From NCBI GenBank assembly GCA_004431415.1, contig QPMI01000203.1, positions 62,001 to 126,000 of the forward strand: DNA of 64,000 bases, read 5' to 3'. This stretch comes from Cyanophora paradoxa CCMP329 (taxonomy: Eukaryota; Plantae; Glaucophyta). The translations under genes and the position numbers were made by a program. The notes beneath the pieces were generated by a model, which worked only from the letters and a program-made list of their open reading frames with translations, ran no database searches and had not been told where the DNA came from. Shown here piece by piece: positions 61,737-64,000 of this stretch. How positions within the stretch are numbered: position 1 is the stretch's first letter; every line of letters begins with the position of its first letter.

Positions 61737-64000
61737 ATGGCGAGGGGAGGCTGTCGACGCCAAAGAAAGCGAGATGCGACATTGAAGACAGAGCGCCTGC
61801 GTCGGTGCCTGCTGCAGCGCTGCCCGCGCTGGCGCCTCCTGCTGCGCTGCCCGCGCCGGCATCCATCGGCACGAAGGGCGCGCCGGCGCCGCCAGCAGCG
61901 AGCTCCAAGGATCCCGCGCCTCGAGCACTTGCGCATATGCATGCAGGCGATGTGCTCTTCTTGAACCAAACCGGCGACGACGACGACCGCTCGGCCCGCA
62001 CTGTGTCGCTGGAACAAGTCGTGCACCCGCCGTGGCCGGTTTGTTCCCCAGCCTCGCGCGCGTACGCGTGCACAGTTGGGGTGATCGTGACGGGCGCAGG
62101 GAGGCGTGCTAAAAGCGCTCGTCTCAAGCGGGCCGGTGGCGCGCGGCAATCTCTGGGGATCGATATCCGGTCCCAGGCCTGATGTAGGGCGCGACGCAGA
62201 TCGACCCGTCACTTATTGAGAAGCACTTCCCGCCCCCGATCAAGCTTACGGTCGTACATGATCGCGATGCCCTCGAACCGGACGTGCGCGCCTCACCTTA
62301 GTTTTTCGACCTGCCTCCATCGCGAATCCGCCATGCTCCGCCATGCCAGCGCTGACGCATTGGGCAGGCGCCCGCACGGCGACAGCTTGAGAAGCTGAAA
62401 AGGGACGCGCGCGTGACGACTGTGTCGCCGGTGAAAGGCAAAATCATGCACGCGAAGCTGATGTTGATCGAGGGGCACGAGGTGAGTGCAAGTGCTGCCC
62501 GCCCGCCCGCCGGCAGCGCGCGCCGCAGCAGACACGCCGTGCAGCGCCTGCGGGTCGTGATTACCTCGGCGAACTTCGGGTCGTTGGACTGGTACAAGCT
62601 CTCGCAGGCAAGCCGCCGCAGGCGCTGGACAGCTCTACAGCTAGAGCTGTGAAACGCGACTTGCGTGCATCCCTCCACGGCCGCCGCATCTAAGCAACGG
62701 CTCCCGCTGCGCGCAGAACGTGTACATGCAGGACTTCGAGAAGCGCACGGACAAGTCCGAGAGCGACGTCGAGGAGTTCGGCGTCTACCTCGTCAAGTTC
62801 CTCGAGGAGCTCGGCGCGAAGTGGGACTTCGGCAAATGGCTCGAGATCCATGCGACGTTTGATTTCTCCCCGGCTAAGGCCCGCCCTGCCCTCTCCACTG
62901 CCCGCCGCTGCCTGCTGTCGCTCATTCCGAGCGGCGCTGGAGGGCAGGTGAAGCTGGTGGCGACGGTACCCGGCAAACACTCTGAGAACGACCTCCACAA
63001 GTGGGGTGCGCGCGCGCCATTGCTTTGATGCGTGCCTTCGCCGCTCGAAGGACGCGCAGGCCAACTCAGGCTCGCGGAGGTCATGGCGGGGTACGCGCCT
63101 TTCCTTCGTTCCCACACCCCCCCCCCCCCCCCCTCTTCCTCGACCCTCCTCAAAGATAAACCGTGCTGAAGCTTAGCCACGCCTCTCCGCAGCACTCTCG
63201 GGGAGGACACCCTCTACTACCAGTCGCCCTGCGCCGGCCAGCTCACGCCCGAGGCGCGGAGTGCGGTTTCTTTCGGCCGCGCCGCCCGCCGACCCGTTCC
63301 CCAGTTCTGCGCGCAGTTCTGCCTGTCCGCCGCGGGGGGGCCCGGCACCCACCGGTGCACGCCTTCGACGCTTTCGCTCGCCCCGCCCGCGCCGCCCGCT
63401 CACGCTGCAGGGCCGGGGGCAGGGATGCGGAGGGGGAGAACCGGGCGGCCTCGTGCGAGAGGCCAGCTGCAGCGAGCGCTGCCGCCCTCGAGCTTCGAGT
63501 CGTTCTCACGGCCTCGTCGGTGGCCAATGTGTCGCGCTACGGCCCGGAAGGCCCGCCGCCGCCCCGCCCGCCCTCCTCTCGCTCAACGTTCAACGCCTCG
63601 CTCGCCGCCCCCCCCCCCCCCCCCCGCCCCCTCCTCTACGCAGACCGCGGTTATGTCGGACAGTCGCGGAAGCTGTACGAGAAGGCGACCTTCCCCAAGG
63701 CCGCCGTGTTCCAGGCGGTGCGCGTGCAGGCGCATCCCGAGGCTGCGCGTGCGGGGGCTGATCGGCGGGCGGCAGGAGGCGGTGAGGCCGTCGCGGGCGC
63801 GGGTGCTCATGCACAGCAAGGTCCTCGCGCGGGGCGGCGCGCTGCTCTACGAGGGGAGCGCGAACTTCTCCAAGGCCGCGTGGGGCGAGCTGCGCAAGGA
63901 CCGCACCGAACTCGACGCCTCGGCTTGCAACTACGAGCTCGGCGTGGCGTTCCCCGGGGGCCTGGAGCCCGCCCTCAGCAGCGAGGTCCTCCCCTTCAAG
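61737..64000 (+). CDS. TDP1: Tyrosyl-DNA phosphodiesterase 1 (3' end runs off the window)
   Basis: Two HxK..N motifs: MHAKLML..RVVITSANF and MHSKV..GSANFSKAAWG..NYELGV. Confidence 0.92.

Overview
GC-rich, gene-dense eukaryotic nuclear DNA with many short spliceosomal introns, many of them GC-AG. Several genes carry N-terminal extensions with an early Phe (MNAFV-, MAFVV-, MFAV-, MFCV-), typical of glaucophyte/red-algal plastid transit peptides, so a Cyanophora-like alga is my inference. Most six-frame ORFs are GC-driven artefacts, so I rebuilt genes by hand-splicing. Host genes: PKD-repeat membrane protein, plastid Rieske protein, NT-C2 coiled-coil protein, degenerate RNase Z, CCAR1-like, bS21, Tic20, coiled-coil protein, MoaC/CNX3, RING-TRAF-USP7-UBL protein, OPR/RAP protein, adenylosuccinate synthetase, bZIP, CLASP-like, PWWP, JmjC-C5HC2-CCCH and TDP1, plus SMU1 and HMG-box fragments. 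The main finding is an ~13 kb minus-strand accessory island (~26.4-39.6 kb). It encodes an intron-rich Fanzor2/TnpB-type RNA-guided nuclease with an intact D-E-D RuvC triad, which splices in phase to upstream exons for OTU deubiquitinase, PHD-like fingers and two AP2 domains. A 75-bp tandem array sits inside the intron that splits the RuvC-III motif. A structured omegaRNA candidate follows the stop codon, and a second, covarying, stand-alone copy with a different 3' flank lies at ~7.7 kb. A companion F-box/F-box/OTU gene lies upstream, and no transposase is visible.
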